A DNA stretch of 64,000 nt from Eledone cirrhosa (Eukaryota). This document shows, one piece after another, positions 39,257 to 52,090 of the stretch; position 1 is the first letter of the stretch, and each line of letters opens with the position of its first letter. The notes under the pieces were generated by a model. It was not told where the DNA came from. It searched no databases and was given only the letters and a program-made list of their open reading frames with translations. The position numbers and the translations under genes are program-made. The stretch is from NCBI GenBank assembly GCA_964016885.1, contig OZ024743.1:254386001-254450000 (forward strand). The letters run 5' to 3'.

Positions 39257-42200
39257 GAGTTGGATGTGTGAATGCACGCGGCTTGGGGATGTCCTGGAAA
39301 CTGGGCAAACTCTTAAATGACCTCAGGTCGCACAGAGTGGATGTAATGGTTATTTGCGAGTCCAGGATCAGCAGCGAGCGCCAACTGGCCCCCATCTTCG
39401 ACGACTTTGAGATCTACGCATCTCTCTGTCAGCCGAGGGGTGGGGATGGGGTTGTCGTTCTGCTGCGAAAATACCTGGGTCTTGCCACACAGAAGGTACA
39501 CCTGGACCCGGAGGGTCGACTGGTGGTTTTAGACGTCGGCAGTGGTGAAGGTGGAGCTTTCAGGCTGGTGGCAGCGTATGCCCCATCGGGGACACCGCGA
39601 CCGGACTTCTTCCGACGCCTGGAGAATTTCCTGGGAACGTCTCGCTCCTTGCTTTTAGTGGGGGACTGGAATGGTATCCTGGATGCACGTTGGGACTATG
39701 TAGGGGCATGTCCCGATTGAAGGGGGTGTAACAGCTTCAAACGATTAATCGGCCGATTTGATCTGGCCGATAGATATCGACTGGGTTTTCCGACTGTGCC
39801 ACGGTGGACGTGGAGTAATCGCAGTGGAACATCCAGGTCGTACCTAGATAGGTTCCTAGTTAGAAATAAGGATAGGGACATATTAAGCTGTCCACGAATG
39901 TTCATGGTTGACTCTTCAGATCACAAGTTGTTGACCGGAGTGGTCAACCTTGATAGAACTCATAGACAGGGACCCGGTTACTGGAAGCTAAACTTGTCTT
40001 TACCGACAAACAAAGCTTACAGTAAGCGGATTAGCACACTAGTTAAGCAGCGTTTGACGGGGGCAATTGTCAACAACAGGTGGTGGGGCTCTCTCAAGAG
40101 AGAAATTAGAATAGAATCGATAGGTTTTAGTCGGGAATTAGCATCAGATAGGAATAGAACTGAAAGGGAATTAACAAATAGAGTAGAAGAGGCGATTAGG
40201 AGTGGCAACGTGGCCGGCGTGCTGGCGTCAAGAACGGCCCTAGACCAGTTCTTTGATGCGAAGCACGAGGGCTGCGTTGTCAGGAGTAAAATACGTGCTC
40301 TGGGTAACGAGGGAGCCAAAGCTGTTAGCTGGGCCCGAGTGACAGAGGCAAAAAGTGGAAACAATTCCACGATTCGGTCTTTGAAGGACCAGGATGGACG
40401 CGTGATCCTTGAACCTGAGCGGATGAGCGCGGCCTTTCAACGGCGCTTTGCACGACTGTTCGGGAGAGGCGGCGGGCCGGGTGGGGCCATGGATTTCGGT
40501 CCATACCTCGACGGTCTGGCGCGGCTCTCGGACGGGGAGGCGAAGTCCTGCGAGAGGCCGATTTCAGCCGCTGAAATAGGGGAAGCGCTGAGCCAATGCG
40601 GCAAACGCAAATCTCCGGGTCTCGATGGTCTACCAAACGAACTTTATGTAGCGATGCCGGGCTTGTTCTCCGGTCTCCTCGAGGCGGTCTACTGCAACTG
40701 GCAACAGAACGGGAGAATTCCCAGTTCTGTGACCAAGGGCGTAGTCACGCTGGTGAGGAAGGACGAGAACAAGGGGGATGACATAGATAACTTCAGGCCC
40801 ATAACTCTGCTAAACACAGAGTTAAAGATTTTGTCCAAGGTGTTAGCGAAGAGGTTGGCGCTTGTCGTCGGGAACCTGGTGGGAGAAGCGCAGACATGCG
40901 CAATCCCGTCCAGGTCCATACACGACAACCTCCACCTCATGTGATACATCGTAGAGAGGGTAGGGAACGAACCCGGCTTTGGTGGAGCCCTAATCAACTT
41001 GGATCAATCTAAAGCGTTCGATAGGTTTGACCATCGGTACTTGGATGCGGTGCTCGCGACGGTAGGCTTCGGACCCGTTTTCAGGGGCTGGATTGCTGCA
41101 ATGCACAGCAGCAACACCCGCTCGAGGGTCAAGGTGAACGGCTACCTCTCGGAGCCGTTCCAAATCACGCGATCCATTCGTCAGGGATGCCCTCTCTCCT
41201 CCCTCCCGTATGTGCTGGCTCTCGAGCCACTACTGAGGAAGCTGGGGCTGTTGCAGGGCATCCCCTTGGAACCGGGATTGCGGAAAGCGGTGTCGGCCTA
41301 CGCCGATGACGTGACAGTAATCGTGTCGTGCGCCTCGGAAATCGGGCAGATCGGCACCTTACTGGAGGAATATGAAAGGTTCACAGGAGCCAAGCTGAAC
41401 CGGGACAAGTCTGTCGGTTTGCAACTCGGGACGTGGAGGGGCAAAACGATGCCCTCCGACGGCATCGTCGGACGCTGGACGGAGGGACCGGTGAAGCTGC
41501 TCGGGGTCTGGTTCGGACCGGACCTCCAGGTGGTGAAAAACTGGGTCGAGGTCACGGGCAAGGTGTTTGCACTCGTCCAGAAGTGGGCCGAGTGCAAACT
41601 ATCCCTGAAAGGTCGAGCGGAGGTGGCGAACGCTTATATAGCGTCCGTCATCTACTACCGCTTGACCGTCGTGCCTTGCCCAGAGAAAACACTCGCCAAA
41701 ATGGAGCGCGCGCTCTTCCGATTTCTTTGGAAGAAGCGGGCTCCTTTGGTGAGAAGATCCATCTGCTGTCAACACCCTTCGAACGGAGGGCTGGGGATGC
41801 CGTGGCTGACGATGCGTAGACACGTATTAAGGCTACGGCACCTCCAGGTATTCCTCACCGGTCAGCCGGTGTGGGCCTTGTTTGTGAGGCGAGCCTTTCC
41901 GAGACTCGTCTCACTCACCGAGCTGCAATCCCGGGTCAAGCAAAGACCGAGAAAAGTGGGCGACTGGCACATTGAATGTGCCCAGGCTCTCACGGCCCTC
42001 TGGCAAGCGGATCCGGGAATCAGTGGAGACTCAACCTCAACATTCTATAGAGGGTTGGTGCGCAGTAAGTGCGACGACGCTCTCGGAGAGGCTCTGGGCA
42101 TGGAGGAAGACGAGCTGGCCAGTCTGTTCGGTAGGACGTTTGGCCCGGGACCGATGGACAACTTCCAAAAGTCCCTGGCTTGGCAATGTTACCGAGGAGC

Positions 42201-42681
42201 TCTACCCGTTCGGGACAAGCTCTACAGACACGGGCGCCCGGGTAGGGACCCCTCGAAGAAGATCTGTCCAAGATGCGTGCGGGACGAAGAAACCGTCGCA
42301 CACGCATTCGTACACTGCCCGGGCGTTGCTGACCTGTGGGGCTATGTAGAACGACTACTGTCGCGGGTGGGACCAATCCGGTTGACCACCGAGAACACTG
42401 TCACAATCAAACCGCCTCCCTCTTTCAAAAACGAAGGAGAGACGGTTTTCCTCTGTGTGATAGCCATGGCGAAAGAAGTTGTATGGTGGACAAGGTTGAA
42501 AGGGCTGAGGTCAGACACCTATCTCTCCGGCCAACAACTGGTCTTTTTTTTCAAGTACCACTTTAGAAGAAGGATCAGAATGGAGAGAGAGGTGCTCTAC
42601 CCCAGCAAGTTTTATGAAAGATGGGTGAAAGTAGCGAGAATGGCCCGAGTGAATGGGCCTTCTCTCTATATGAGCCTGTAG
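39244..42681 (+). pseudogene. Tx1-like ORF2 (APE-RT) with two in-frame stops
   Basis: NARG, GDWN, SYLDR, SDH, SPGLDG, FRPITLLN, DQSKAFD, RQGCPLS, YADD and CPRC..ETVAHAFVHC; stops at 39718 and 40942. Confidence 0.92.
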
Positions 42682-44054
42682 GTGAGAGAAGAGAAGAATG
42701 AGAAGAGGAAGGAAGCACCCGCTCTTTGTGCTCCTGAAGATGAGGGTTGCACAGTTTTTCGGGGGTGTGTGCGACTCATGTCAACGCCCCTCCCTATTGA
42801 GGACATCGATTGTTAAATTTAATTTGTTATATGTTTTTTACACGTCTTTTTAAATGTATGTAAACTCCCCCCTTTGTATTTGTCCCAATCTTTGATGCCC
42901 TGGTGGCAAATAAATAGAAATATATATTATTCTTTACTTTGAAACAACGAATGGTTTCATCTTATGTAAAGAACGACAAAGTTCTCCATCCCCTCCTCAT
43001 CTTTTGAACCCCTGGGGTGTAGGGTAGAACTTACTTTTTTTCGTGGTGTGCCTTTATTGAATTATTTGATAGGAGTTTAAAATACGTGGTGTTGGTAGTA
43101 GTATGGTGTTGTGTAAAAGTTCATCATTTTTAGAATTATGGTAGCCATTGGTGAAGTACGGATGTTGGAACAGCCATGTTACTTGTCTCGTGACTTCTTA
43201 GGTATTACCATACACGTTGAAGAAATGCTATTTTCTTACGTGACACTCGGCATATTACAAAACACGACACCCTCGCTCTTTCCGGAATAATTTTTAGTTG
43301 TTGCAAAATTATATAATTTTAATTTATCTGTAATTAGATGCTATTTTTCTACCTAGGTATTCTGTTTAGTTAGGTATGTCTATTGTAATGTAAGCTTGTC
43401 TATTGTATTATTACGGTATTCTGATGTTTTGTTTAATGTCATGTCACACAAAGAATTACTTTACGTAGGGTTATACAAGTACAATAACAACACCACTAAT
43501 AATAATATTATTAACACTAATATTAATAAAGTGCTGGACAACGAGAAAATAAAACCTTCCCACATACCTACTTCTGATATTTGAGAACACTTCAGTTTAC
43601 TATCGTTATTGTGTCAGCTACGACAGTAATATCGTATCCGGAGTTATACAACAGCGACAATAAAGTTTCTTTATTAGCCACAGGATGATTACACCAAGAA
43701 AACATTAAAGACGGCACCGGGCGATACTATACTGGATGTTTCAAGTAAAAATCATTATTAAGGAAAAGAAAATTCCCAAATGGACTGGTACATCCGACAG
43801 AACTTACTGAGAATGCTCACAAAACATTAGGGCTAAACTGACTGCTAATATAAATGCCCCCTTCTAGCTATCCTCCAAACTACATGTGTATATTCAGAAC
43901 AGGCCTGTTCATTTGGACCATACTCCCCACTTCCACCAACATTTCAACAAACCTGCTGGTATAGAGCACTGAGAAAAACCTTCCTACATACCTACCTTAG
44001 TGATATTGAAAAACTTTTGAGTTCTCAACCAACAATATCATCAGTTACAGCAAT

Positions 44055-44245
44055 AATAATTGTTTCTACTTTTGGCACAAGGCCAGCAATTATCCCAGTG
44101 CATAACTGGTACTTTATTTTATCGACCCCGTCAGGATGAAAGGCAAAGTTAACCTCAGTGGGATTTGAACTCAAACCGTAAAGGGCCATACCTCTATGCA
44201 ACAAAGCATGGCGTCCAACTCTCTACCGATACTGCCAATGCACAA
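44055..44245 (-). mobile_element. tRNA-derived SINE (family A)
   Basis: Full-length reverse-complement match to 48250-48436. Confidence 0.85.
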
Positions 44246-44601
44246 CCACAATAATAATAATACTATATACATGAATTTGGAAAAAAAAACTTTTTTTATG
44301 CCTATCCAACTTACTTCAATGATATTATTGAAGGATTTTAACTAGAACCATTATTTGAAAGATATTAAACCTGACAAAAAAGGTAGGTAAATACTTCTAT
44401 AAATCAACTAAACTGAGTTTTATTATGGCGTAACCGTCAACATAATATGGCAAATAGAAAGAGGGAAAGGAAAAGAGAAAAAGAAAAAAATCACACAAGC
44501 AGGTAATACATACATCTAGGCAGGTGAAAGGGTGGACGTTTCTAATATTGTTAAACATGTTAATAGTTGACTTGATGTGAGGTTTTCTTTTTAATACCAT
44601 T

Positions 44602-44825
44602 TTAACCTTTTTGATACCAAACCACCTGAAACTGACCTTGGTTCTATGATACAAACTTATATATTTGTGTCTAAAAACCTTCCATCATCATTTAATGTAA
44701 GAACCTTTTGTTAAATTATATCCCGAATTAAACAATAAGAAACGTACTTTATTAAATGCCTACAAATTCTTGTTAATTTTCACAGATTTTGAATTGTTTT
44801 AGAAATATGGTATCAAAAAGCTTAA
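44602..44825. mobile_element. TTAA-flanked MITE (piggyBac-like)
   Basis: TTAA-CCTTTTTGATACCA ... TGGTATCAAAAAGC-TTAA. Confidence 0.75.
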
Positions 44826-44857
44826 ACATGTTGATGGTATTATTAGGTGGAAGAGAG

Positions 44858-45666
44858 AGAGAACTAGCCAATCTCTTCGGAAGAACTTTCGGGCCAGGGC
44901 CTATGGACAACTTCCAGAAATCTCTGGCCTGGCAGTGCTACCGAGGAGCCTTGCCAGTTCGGGATAAACTCTACAGGCATGGAGGTGCCGTCAGCCGGTC
45001 ATGTCCGAGATGCGCGCAGGCGACGAAACCGTCCTGCACGCACTCGTCCAGTGTCCGAGCATTGCTGACTTGTGGGTTTATGTCGAACACCTGCTGTCGC
45101 GTGTAGGACGGATTCAGCTATCATCTGAGTCCATCGTGAGGATTGCCCCGCCCTCCTCCTTTAACCGGGAAGGGCAGGCTGTTTTTATCTGTCTGGTGGC
45201 CATGGCGAAAGAGATAGTATGGTGGACACGTTTGAAAGGGCTGAAGGCGAGCACTTACCTCTTCGGTGATGCTCTGATTGACTTTTTCAAATTTCATTTG
45301 AAAAGGAAAATCAGAGTAGAGAGGGAAGTGCTCTCTTCCCAGCATTTTGTTGAAAGATGGGTGAGAGAAGCAAGAATGGCCCGAGTGAATGGGCCTACTC
45401 TGAGTATATATATGTAAATTAAAGGTGGAAAACTGGGAGAGGGCACTTGCTTTGGTGGTCAGGGTCACTGTGGCCTTTTACTGGGCTCTCTCCACAAATG
45501 TCCCTCCGAAGTCTCCCCCTATAGGGGAATTTTTCATTGTTATTTTTTGTTACATCCTCTGTTTTTGTTTTTTACACGCAGAAATGCCCATTTGTACCGT
45601 CCTGTATTGTCCTGCACTGTCCTTAATGTCTACTTTATGTAAACCCTTGTGGTTAATAAAGAAATC
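44858..45666 (+). mobile_element. 5'-truncated Tx1-like LINE with a 19-bp target-site duplication
   Basis: ORF2 C-terminus (FQKSLAWQCYRGALPVRDKL); ATTATTAGGTGGAAGAGAG at 44839-44857 and 45667-45685. Confidence 0.9.
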
Positions 45667-45679
45667 ATTATTAGGTGGA

Positions 45680-46036
45680 AGAGAGTCGGACACCATGCTT
45701 TGAAGCATAGTTACGTCCCTTTACGGTCTGAGTTCAAATCCCGCCTAGGTTAACTTTGCCTTTCATCCTTACGGGGTCAATAAAATAAAGTACCAGTAAT
45801 ACACTGGGATAATTACTGGCTTTGTGCCAAAAGTAGAAACAATTATTAGGTGGATTGGCAGTAACGGAAGAGGATCGGACGCCATACTTTGCAGCATAGT
45901 TACGTCCCTTTACGGTCTGAGTGCAAATCCCACCGAGGTTAAATTTGCCTTTCATCTTTACAGTGTCGATAAAATAAAGTACCAGTAATACACTGCGATA
46001 ATTGCAGGCCTTGAGCCAAAAGTAGAAACAATTATT
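45680..46036 (+). mobile_element. Two tandem tRNA-derived SINEs (family A)
   Basis: Copies at ~45680-45846 and ~45849-46036, each ending aaagtagaaacaattatt. Confidence 0.85.
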
Positions 46037-46063
46037 TTAAATATGTGTTTCTACACTCGAAAA

Positions 46064-46747
46064 TCTCTATATATAAAACTGAGGATATTTGTCAGTGTGT
46101 GTGAGTATGAATCCCTAAGACGAGAGAACCACCCAACCGACTGTTTTCAATCTTTACACATGTAATACTTATGTTTCAGGGAGTGCTTTGAGCAAAATAA
46201 AATTTCAAATGTTCAATGCCCTAGGGACCGCATTAAGCGATTTAGCGATCTCTCTCTATAATTCTTAGTCTTTCTCTTTTTAGATAGACACATACATATA
46301 ACGTCGCGCCCTTATAATATCTGTCTGTATGTCTGACTGTCTGCATTACGTCACTTCCTACAATTCCCTCTCCATCCAGAACACGCCCTTATAATATCTG
46401 TCTGTATTTCTGGCTGTCTGCTGCCCACATTAGGTAAAAAGGTTCATTTTTTTCAACTTATTAGGGCCTTTTTGATGCGTTACGTCTAACCGATTTTCCC
46501 GAAATTTCAAAGCATATTATGCACATAAAAAAAATTCATTTTCTTGATCCCCTAGGGCCTGCATGAGGTGAAAACCTGCATTTTTCCTGCTTCATCGAGG
46601 AAATTCTTAAAGATTATCCAGCCATCAGAGTATTCGGTTTATTTTCTTTACATATTGTCGGGGCATGCAGTTTTTCCATGATTAGGTCTGTTGGCGGCCG
46701 GCGTTCCAAAATACCTTATCCCGTGCAACGCCGGGTACCACTGCTAG
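46064..46747 (+). mobile_element. Non-autonomous Helitron
   Basis: A|TCTCTATATATAAAA 5' end; 3' hairpin CCCGTGCAACGCCGGG followed by CTAG|T; internal ~40-bp duplication near 46305 and 46385. Confidence 0.85.
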
Positions 46748-47427
46748 TCATTTATAAAATCTGTGTGTATATTCCATAAGTAAATTATTAAATGTATTAT
46801 GTTGATTTTTTTTATTGCGTTTAACAAAAAACAAGTGAATACATTATACACGAGAGCATATTATAAAATTATATATAATAAAAATAGGGAATCTTAATTT
46901 CATTTTTGGCAATATTCTTTAAAGAGTATTTTGACTACTTGTATTTGTAGTAGAGGGTGGTGAATTTTACCTTTCATTCTTTCAAGGTCGATTCTTACTC
47001 TATATCTCTTTTCCACTTCCACTCTGTTATTCTTTCTCCTTCTCCGGAAGAAACCGACTGTGTTCAGGCGTAGAGAAAGGATGGGCTTCGTCGGATTTAA
47101 AATAACGAAGATACGCTGTATATCACTACGAGTCTACCAGAAGTGTTTGGTTCATACATATAAATGCTTTCCAATATTAGAAAAAAAAAATGATCTCATC
47201 AACATAATCATTACCTTCGTAAGCGCATCCCTGCAAAATATTAAACAAATCGATGTTTGTGAAGGGCACTAAACTGTATTTACGTCCTATATCAGTGGTT
47301 CGCAAACTAAGGTCCACGTACCCTCGGGGGCACGTGTTTTAAGTTCAAGATGTCAAGATCTTTACAAACATATACTACACGCGCTGTTTGATATACATTC
47401 TTCTCTAACATTTCTCTCTTTCGTCCA

Positions 47428-47524
47428 ACTTTGCCTTTCATCCTTACGGGGTCGATAAAATAAAGTACCAGTAATGTACTGGTTTATTTTGCTGGTCTTG
47501 TGCCAAAAGTAGAAACAATTATTC
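47428..47524 (+). mobile_element. SINE family A 3' half
   Basis: actttgcctttcatccttacggggtcgataaaataaagtaccag...agaaacaattatt. Confidence 0.8.
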
Positions 47525-47974
47525 TGAGAGTGAAGTAAGTGTAGCCGGTTCGGATGGATGGGATGGAGTCCATGGAAAAATTCATTTATATAAAAGGGAT
47601 CCTTATTAGTTAAGGTTGGCAACGACTGCTTCATATCTTTCTGTATTTGGCGAGTGTGTTTTTTAAAGATTTATTTGTTTTTGTTTGTTTTTCATCATTA
47701 TATCAACGATAGACGTAATTATTTCTAGTATACACGCAAGGCCAGCAAATGTGTGGGTGGAAAAATCGATGAAATCATCAAACATACATTTCAACTCCAA
47801 TGCAAGACGGATGCATTTATAAAATGTTTATTCGCGATGACTGTGTGATTGTGATTATCATTGCTGGTTATTAGTTACTTTTTCTGTGAGGGTAGCCGTT
47901 TGGCAATATCGTTAGATGTTTGTAGCATGTTGTTACATGTTGAGTTGAAATCCTGCTGAAGTCAACTTTGCATC

Positions 47975-48230
47975 ATGGACGCCGCGGTAAGTGTGGGGTT
48001 CACTGCTTCTGTTGCCGAACGGAATAAAATTCAGAATATCTGGATTTTTTTCCAGTAATTAGCTTTTCCAGCCTGTGGAGTTGGGCTGCTGACAGCGAAG
48101 TTCTTGTCCTCGCTGGCAGCTCGCCTTACTGAGGTGTCAGGTGATGCCAGTGAGAGTGCCTGGTTTTTTCAGCTCCTTAGCCTCGCCACCATCCGTGGCA
48201 ATACTGCGAGCATATTGGCTTCCCTCAAAG
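47975..48230 (+). mobile_element. CRE-clade C-terminal fragment
   Basis: FLSSLAARLTEVSGDASESAWFFQLLSLATIRGNTASIL matches the CRE C-terminal QRLS.A.QRGNA motif. Confidence 0.7.
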
Positions 48231-48249
48231 TGTATAGTTCACCCTTATT

Positions 48250-48436
48250 ATGATTGGCAGTATCGGTAGAGGGTCGGACGCCATGCTTTGACACATTAAG
48301 TTACGGCCCTTGCCATTCTGAGTTCAAATCCCGCTGAGGTTAACTTTGCCTTTCATCCTTACGGGGTCGATAAAATAAAGTACCAGTAATACACTGGGTA
48401 ATTGCTGGCCTTGTGCCAAAGGTAGAAACAATTATG
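48250..48436 (+). mobile_element. tRNA-derived SINE (family A), full length
   Basis: A-box TGGCAGTATCGGTAG, B-box GAGTTCAAATCCC, conserved central core and an ATT tail. Confidence 0.9.
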
Positions 48437-48754
48437 TGATGTGCGTCTGATTGTCGCACTTGGTGGTGACCCCCCCCCCTTTGGGTTTTTTTAATCTTAC
48501 TTTTATATGTTTATATTTGTATATATTATATGTGTTTGTGTTTCCGTTCTGTAAACATATGTTGTATACAACTGTGATTGAAATAAGGTATTAGTAAAGT
48601 ACTGGGGCAGATATAATGGATTTCCTATTCCTGTCAAAATTACTGGCCTTGAGCTTAAATCAGAAACTATTATGTATGGCTATATTATAGAGATGACGTC
48701 TATAATATATCCACAAGAGTCTTTCCTAGAGTTATACAATAACAAGAACAACAA

Positions 48755-48890
48755 TAATAGTTTCTACATTTGGGACAAAACCAGCAATTAGTCAACTAAA
48801 TTAACCCCAGTGTGTTACTGGTACATTATTTTCTCGACCCCGTATGGATGAAAGGCAAAGCTAACCTCAGTGAGATTTGAACTTAGAACA
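48755..48890 (-). mobile_element. SINE family A fragment
   Basis: Core and B-box on the minus strand. Confidence 0.7.
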
Positions 48891-49335
48891 GCAAACAGGA
48901 TTGAGAGAAAACATGGCTTCATATAAGCCCTATGTCTGACACCTACTCCAGTCTAGTCAAACAATGTATGCCCCATTGTCCCAAATAAAATCATTTCAAC
49001 TTAGTCTCGCAAGCTGCTGAATCTAGTTTTTGACACCTGCTCTGACCACGCTATGAAAATGACTAAACCTGCACTTTCCACTGCATATAGCCCGCTCCTC
49101 CACTTTTGATATGTCCTCAATGCTGTTATGTGATAAAGCTGTTTAGCAATTGATTTGTTGATTGCAGGAAAGAATGAAATTGTTATATATTTATATATGT
49201 GTATATATGAATGGAAAAAATGAAATTTCATTTCTCACTCTTAGTACGGCTGATACTTAAATATAAGTATGTATACGTACATACATATATGTATACAGAC
49301 GTACAGTAGTATGTATATACATACATGCACACACA

Positions 49336-49600
49336 TATATATATATGTACGTATGGGTTTACCAAACATTTATTATAATGCTCGGTTTGTTTGTAAACAA
49401 ACAGCCCGAATTATTATCCGTACAGTGTTCGGCATACGTACATATATATATATATGTGTGCATCGTTCCTTTGTCAGTGTTGAACAAAATGGCAATGATG
49501 GTTGCTGAACACTGTACGGCTAATAATTTGGGCTGTTTGTTTACAAACAAACCGAGCATTATAATAAATGTTCGTTAAACCCATACGTACATATATATAT
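49336..49600. repeat. Long inverted repeat (~98-bp arms) directly upstream of the PLE
   Basis: 49336-49433 is nearly the reverse complement of 49503-49600. Confidence 0.85.
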
Positions 49601-49693
49601 ATATGTGCCCAAGTTCATCATTACACAGCGTCTCGATGATAGACTGAAACTCGACATCGAAACCAACTTCTGTCGGACAGCATATCAACTGAA

Positions 49694-51610
49694 ATGGCTA
49701 ACCACCATCCGAAACAACACCGAGATCGATTACAACCCCACAACCCACCCCACACTCCCCACGACAACCCACTCCACCCCCCACCCACCAACCACGAACT
49801 TGACACTAAACTACTCAGGTTGAAACATTCTATCTCTAACATCCTTTCCCAACACACACACACACACAATAAACGCAACCTCACCAATGCACAATTTAAT
49901 ACTCTCACCAACCTAAGATCCAGGAACCTTGTGTACCTTCCCTCTGACAAGGGGAAAGAATTCTGTGTCATCTCGAGAGAGACCTACAACAACTTAGCTC
50001 TCCAACATCTTAATGACCACAGCCTCTACTCGAAAGTCACAGGGATCTCCTCAACTCTAATCGAGGAAGGCATTAACACCATATGGACTAACATCTGTGT
50101 CCAACGAAAACTGCCAAAGAAGGTAATAAACAACATAATGACTCGAAACAGCAAATTACCCACCTTCTACCACCTGGTCAAAACACATAAACAAGGACCC
50201 GATTTGAAAATCAGGCCCATTGTCTCTAGCGTGGAGGGCCCACTCTACAAAATATCGTGGCTGTTCTCCACACTACTGAAACCTATTCTACACACACTAC
50301 CAGCCCACGTCTGCAGCTCAAAGGAAGTCTTGGAGCGACTACACCATCTGGTGCCCAACACCAGAAAGGACAACGGTTATGCCTTCAGTCTTGATGTGGT
50401 CGCCCTTTATACCTCCGTACCAGCATCCCCAGCTGTCGACCTGTTGACCGAACGAGTCCGAGCATCCAACTTACACTGCTTCGGACTCACACACACGGAC
50501 ATCCACCAACTCCTCTCCTTCGTTGTGGATAATGCACTCTTCAATTTCCTCGGCCACACGTACAAACAAATCTCTGGGCTACCTATGGGCTCTAGTCTGT
50601 CCGGCATACTTGCGATCTCGTACATGGACCACCTGGAACGCAAGGCACTCAATACCTGCCAACCCAACGCCGTCGCCTTCTACTCCAGATACGTTGATGA
50701 TATCCTGATACTTACTTCTTCCCGGGAGATGGCGAATGAAATTCACCAAATCTTCAACGATACTGACCATCACGTCGATTTCACCATCGAACACCCAGGA
50801 GAAGACGGGTCACTCGCCCTCCTCGACTTCCGTATCAACATCTCGGAAGAAGGAGACATAAACACCACCTTCTACCGCAAAGCAGCGTGCAAGGACTTAT
50901 TTGTGCATTATAACTCAGCCCTCCCCAACAACGCTAAGAGAGGCTATGTCCTAAATGAACTGACACGGATCACTAACAGATGCAGCGACCCGATGGGTGG
51001 TCTCACCCATACCACGCAATTCCGTAATCTACTCAGATCTAATGGTTATCCCAAGCGACTGATTAACGGAATTAGAGACCCCAGACCCAATAGACAGACA
51101 CCCACTAGAAAATTAAATAATAGCAGGTGCTTCTTTAAAATCCCCCACCTGAGTGAATATACCACGAACGCCATCCGCAGGGCCATACGGACGGAGGGAC
51201 TTGACATACATTTGGCCCACACAGGACCTTCGCTGCGAAGATGCCTCTCCAACAAACACGACGAGTCAGATGGGACGTGTTCCCTCAGCAACTGCCCGAT
51301 ACGGGGGGCAGATTGCCTACGCACCTATGTCGTATATAAGATTCAATGCGATAAATGTAACAAGTTTTACATAGGTAGCACCATCCGACCCCTACATGTT
51401 CGTATCAAGGAACATATCAACACCAACGCATCTTCCTTCCGTAAACACATCCTTAAATGCGGAAACCCACAGGGTAGACCCTTGGTCACAGTCCTAGCGA
51501 CTGAACGCAGCATCGGATCCTTAAGGATAAAGGAAGCACTTGTTATTAAGAACCTCAGACCCCCACTTAACAACCGGGCTGAGAGAAATGAGCTGACATG
51601 GCTAACTTAA
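49694..51610 (+). CDS. PLE reverse transcriptase + GIY-YIG endonuclease
   Basis: SDKG, KTHK..IRPIVS, SLDVVALYT, GLPMGS, RYVDD, LLD, HYNSALP, CxxxxCP..C and VVYKIQCDKCNKFYIGSTIRPLHVRIKEH. Confidence 0.93.
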   Translation: MANHHPKQHRDRLQPHNPPHTPHDNPLHPPPTNHELDTKLLRLKHSISNILSQHTHTHNKRNLTNAQFNTLTNLRSRNLVYLPSDKGKEFCVISRETYNNLALQHLNDHSLYSKVTGISSTLIEEGINTIWTNICVQRKLPKKVINNIMTRNSKLPTFYHLVKTHKQGPDLKIRPIVSSVEGPLYKISWLFSTLLKPILHTLPAHVCSSKEVLERLHHLVPNTRKDNGYAFSLDVVALYTSVPASPAVDLLTERVRASNLHCFGLTHTDIHQLLSFVVDNALFNFLGHTYKQISGLPMGSSLSGILAISYMDHLERKALNTCQPNAVAFYSRYVDDILILTSSREMANEIHQIFNDTDHHVDFTIEHPGEDGSLALLDFRINISEEGDINTTFYRKAACKDLFVHYNSALPNNAKRGYVLNELTRITNRCSDPMGGLTHTTQFRNLLRSNGYPKRLINGIRDPRPNRQTPTRKLNNSRCFFKIPHLSEYTTNAIRRAIRTEGLDIHLAHTGPSLRRCLSNKHDESDGTCSLSNCPIRGADCLRTYVVYKIQCDKCNKFYIGSTIRPLHVRIKEHINTNASSFRKHILKCGNPQGRPLVTVLATERSIGSLRIKEALVIKNLRPPLNNRAERNELTWLT

Positions 51611-52054
51611 CCATAGTGACCATTCACAGCCTACGGCCTGCTATCTTCACACACACGCACGTATATGCATACCCATACGCATACACACACACATCTATAT
51701 TTATACACGCACACATGTTTTACAACCTACCACCTTTCACACCCTTTGATTTCCAGCTTCTACAGCCCACTATCTTTCACACACACACACACTCACACAT
51801 ATACACACTTACACTTATACACACACAGTTACACACACATATATATTTACACACACATATCTTACGGCTTTCACACGCTAGCGCACCCGCTTGATTTAAC
51901 CCATTTGGTCAGTAGCTTTTGCCACAGCCTATCACGCGCACGCGCATTCTTTCCCTCGTTTAAATTTTAAATAATTTTCTCCCCATAACGGCATTCCTGT
52001 CTTAACGACATCACAACTTTCTCCGCTTGGCCTGTTCCCCCCCTTTTGGAACTT

Positions 52055-52090
52055 TCCCCCGTTGATGGGCGTGAGCCCGAAATATTGGGA
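52055..52090 (+). ncRNA. Minimal hammerhead-like motif in the PLE 3' pLTR (core degenerate)
   Basis: tccc-CCGTTGA-t-gggc-gtga-gccc-GAAA-TATT-ggga; two mismatches to CTGANGA. Confidence 0.5.

Larger units (their letters stand above)
37320..42925 (+). mobile_element. Near-full-length L1/Tx1-clade LINE (ORF1+ORF2), inactivated
   Basis: ORF1 has a CCHC knuckle and ORF2 has APE-RT-Cys domains; the 3' end has AATAAA; the 5' boundary is approximate. Confidence 0.92.

Noticed and set aside
51611-52050. Selenoprotein/SECIS possibility for a Naiad-like PLE
   Set aside because: No in-frame TGA in the ORF and no recognisable SECIS
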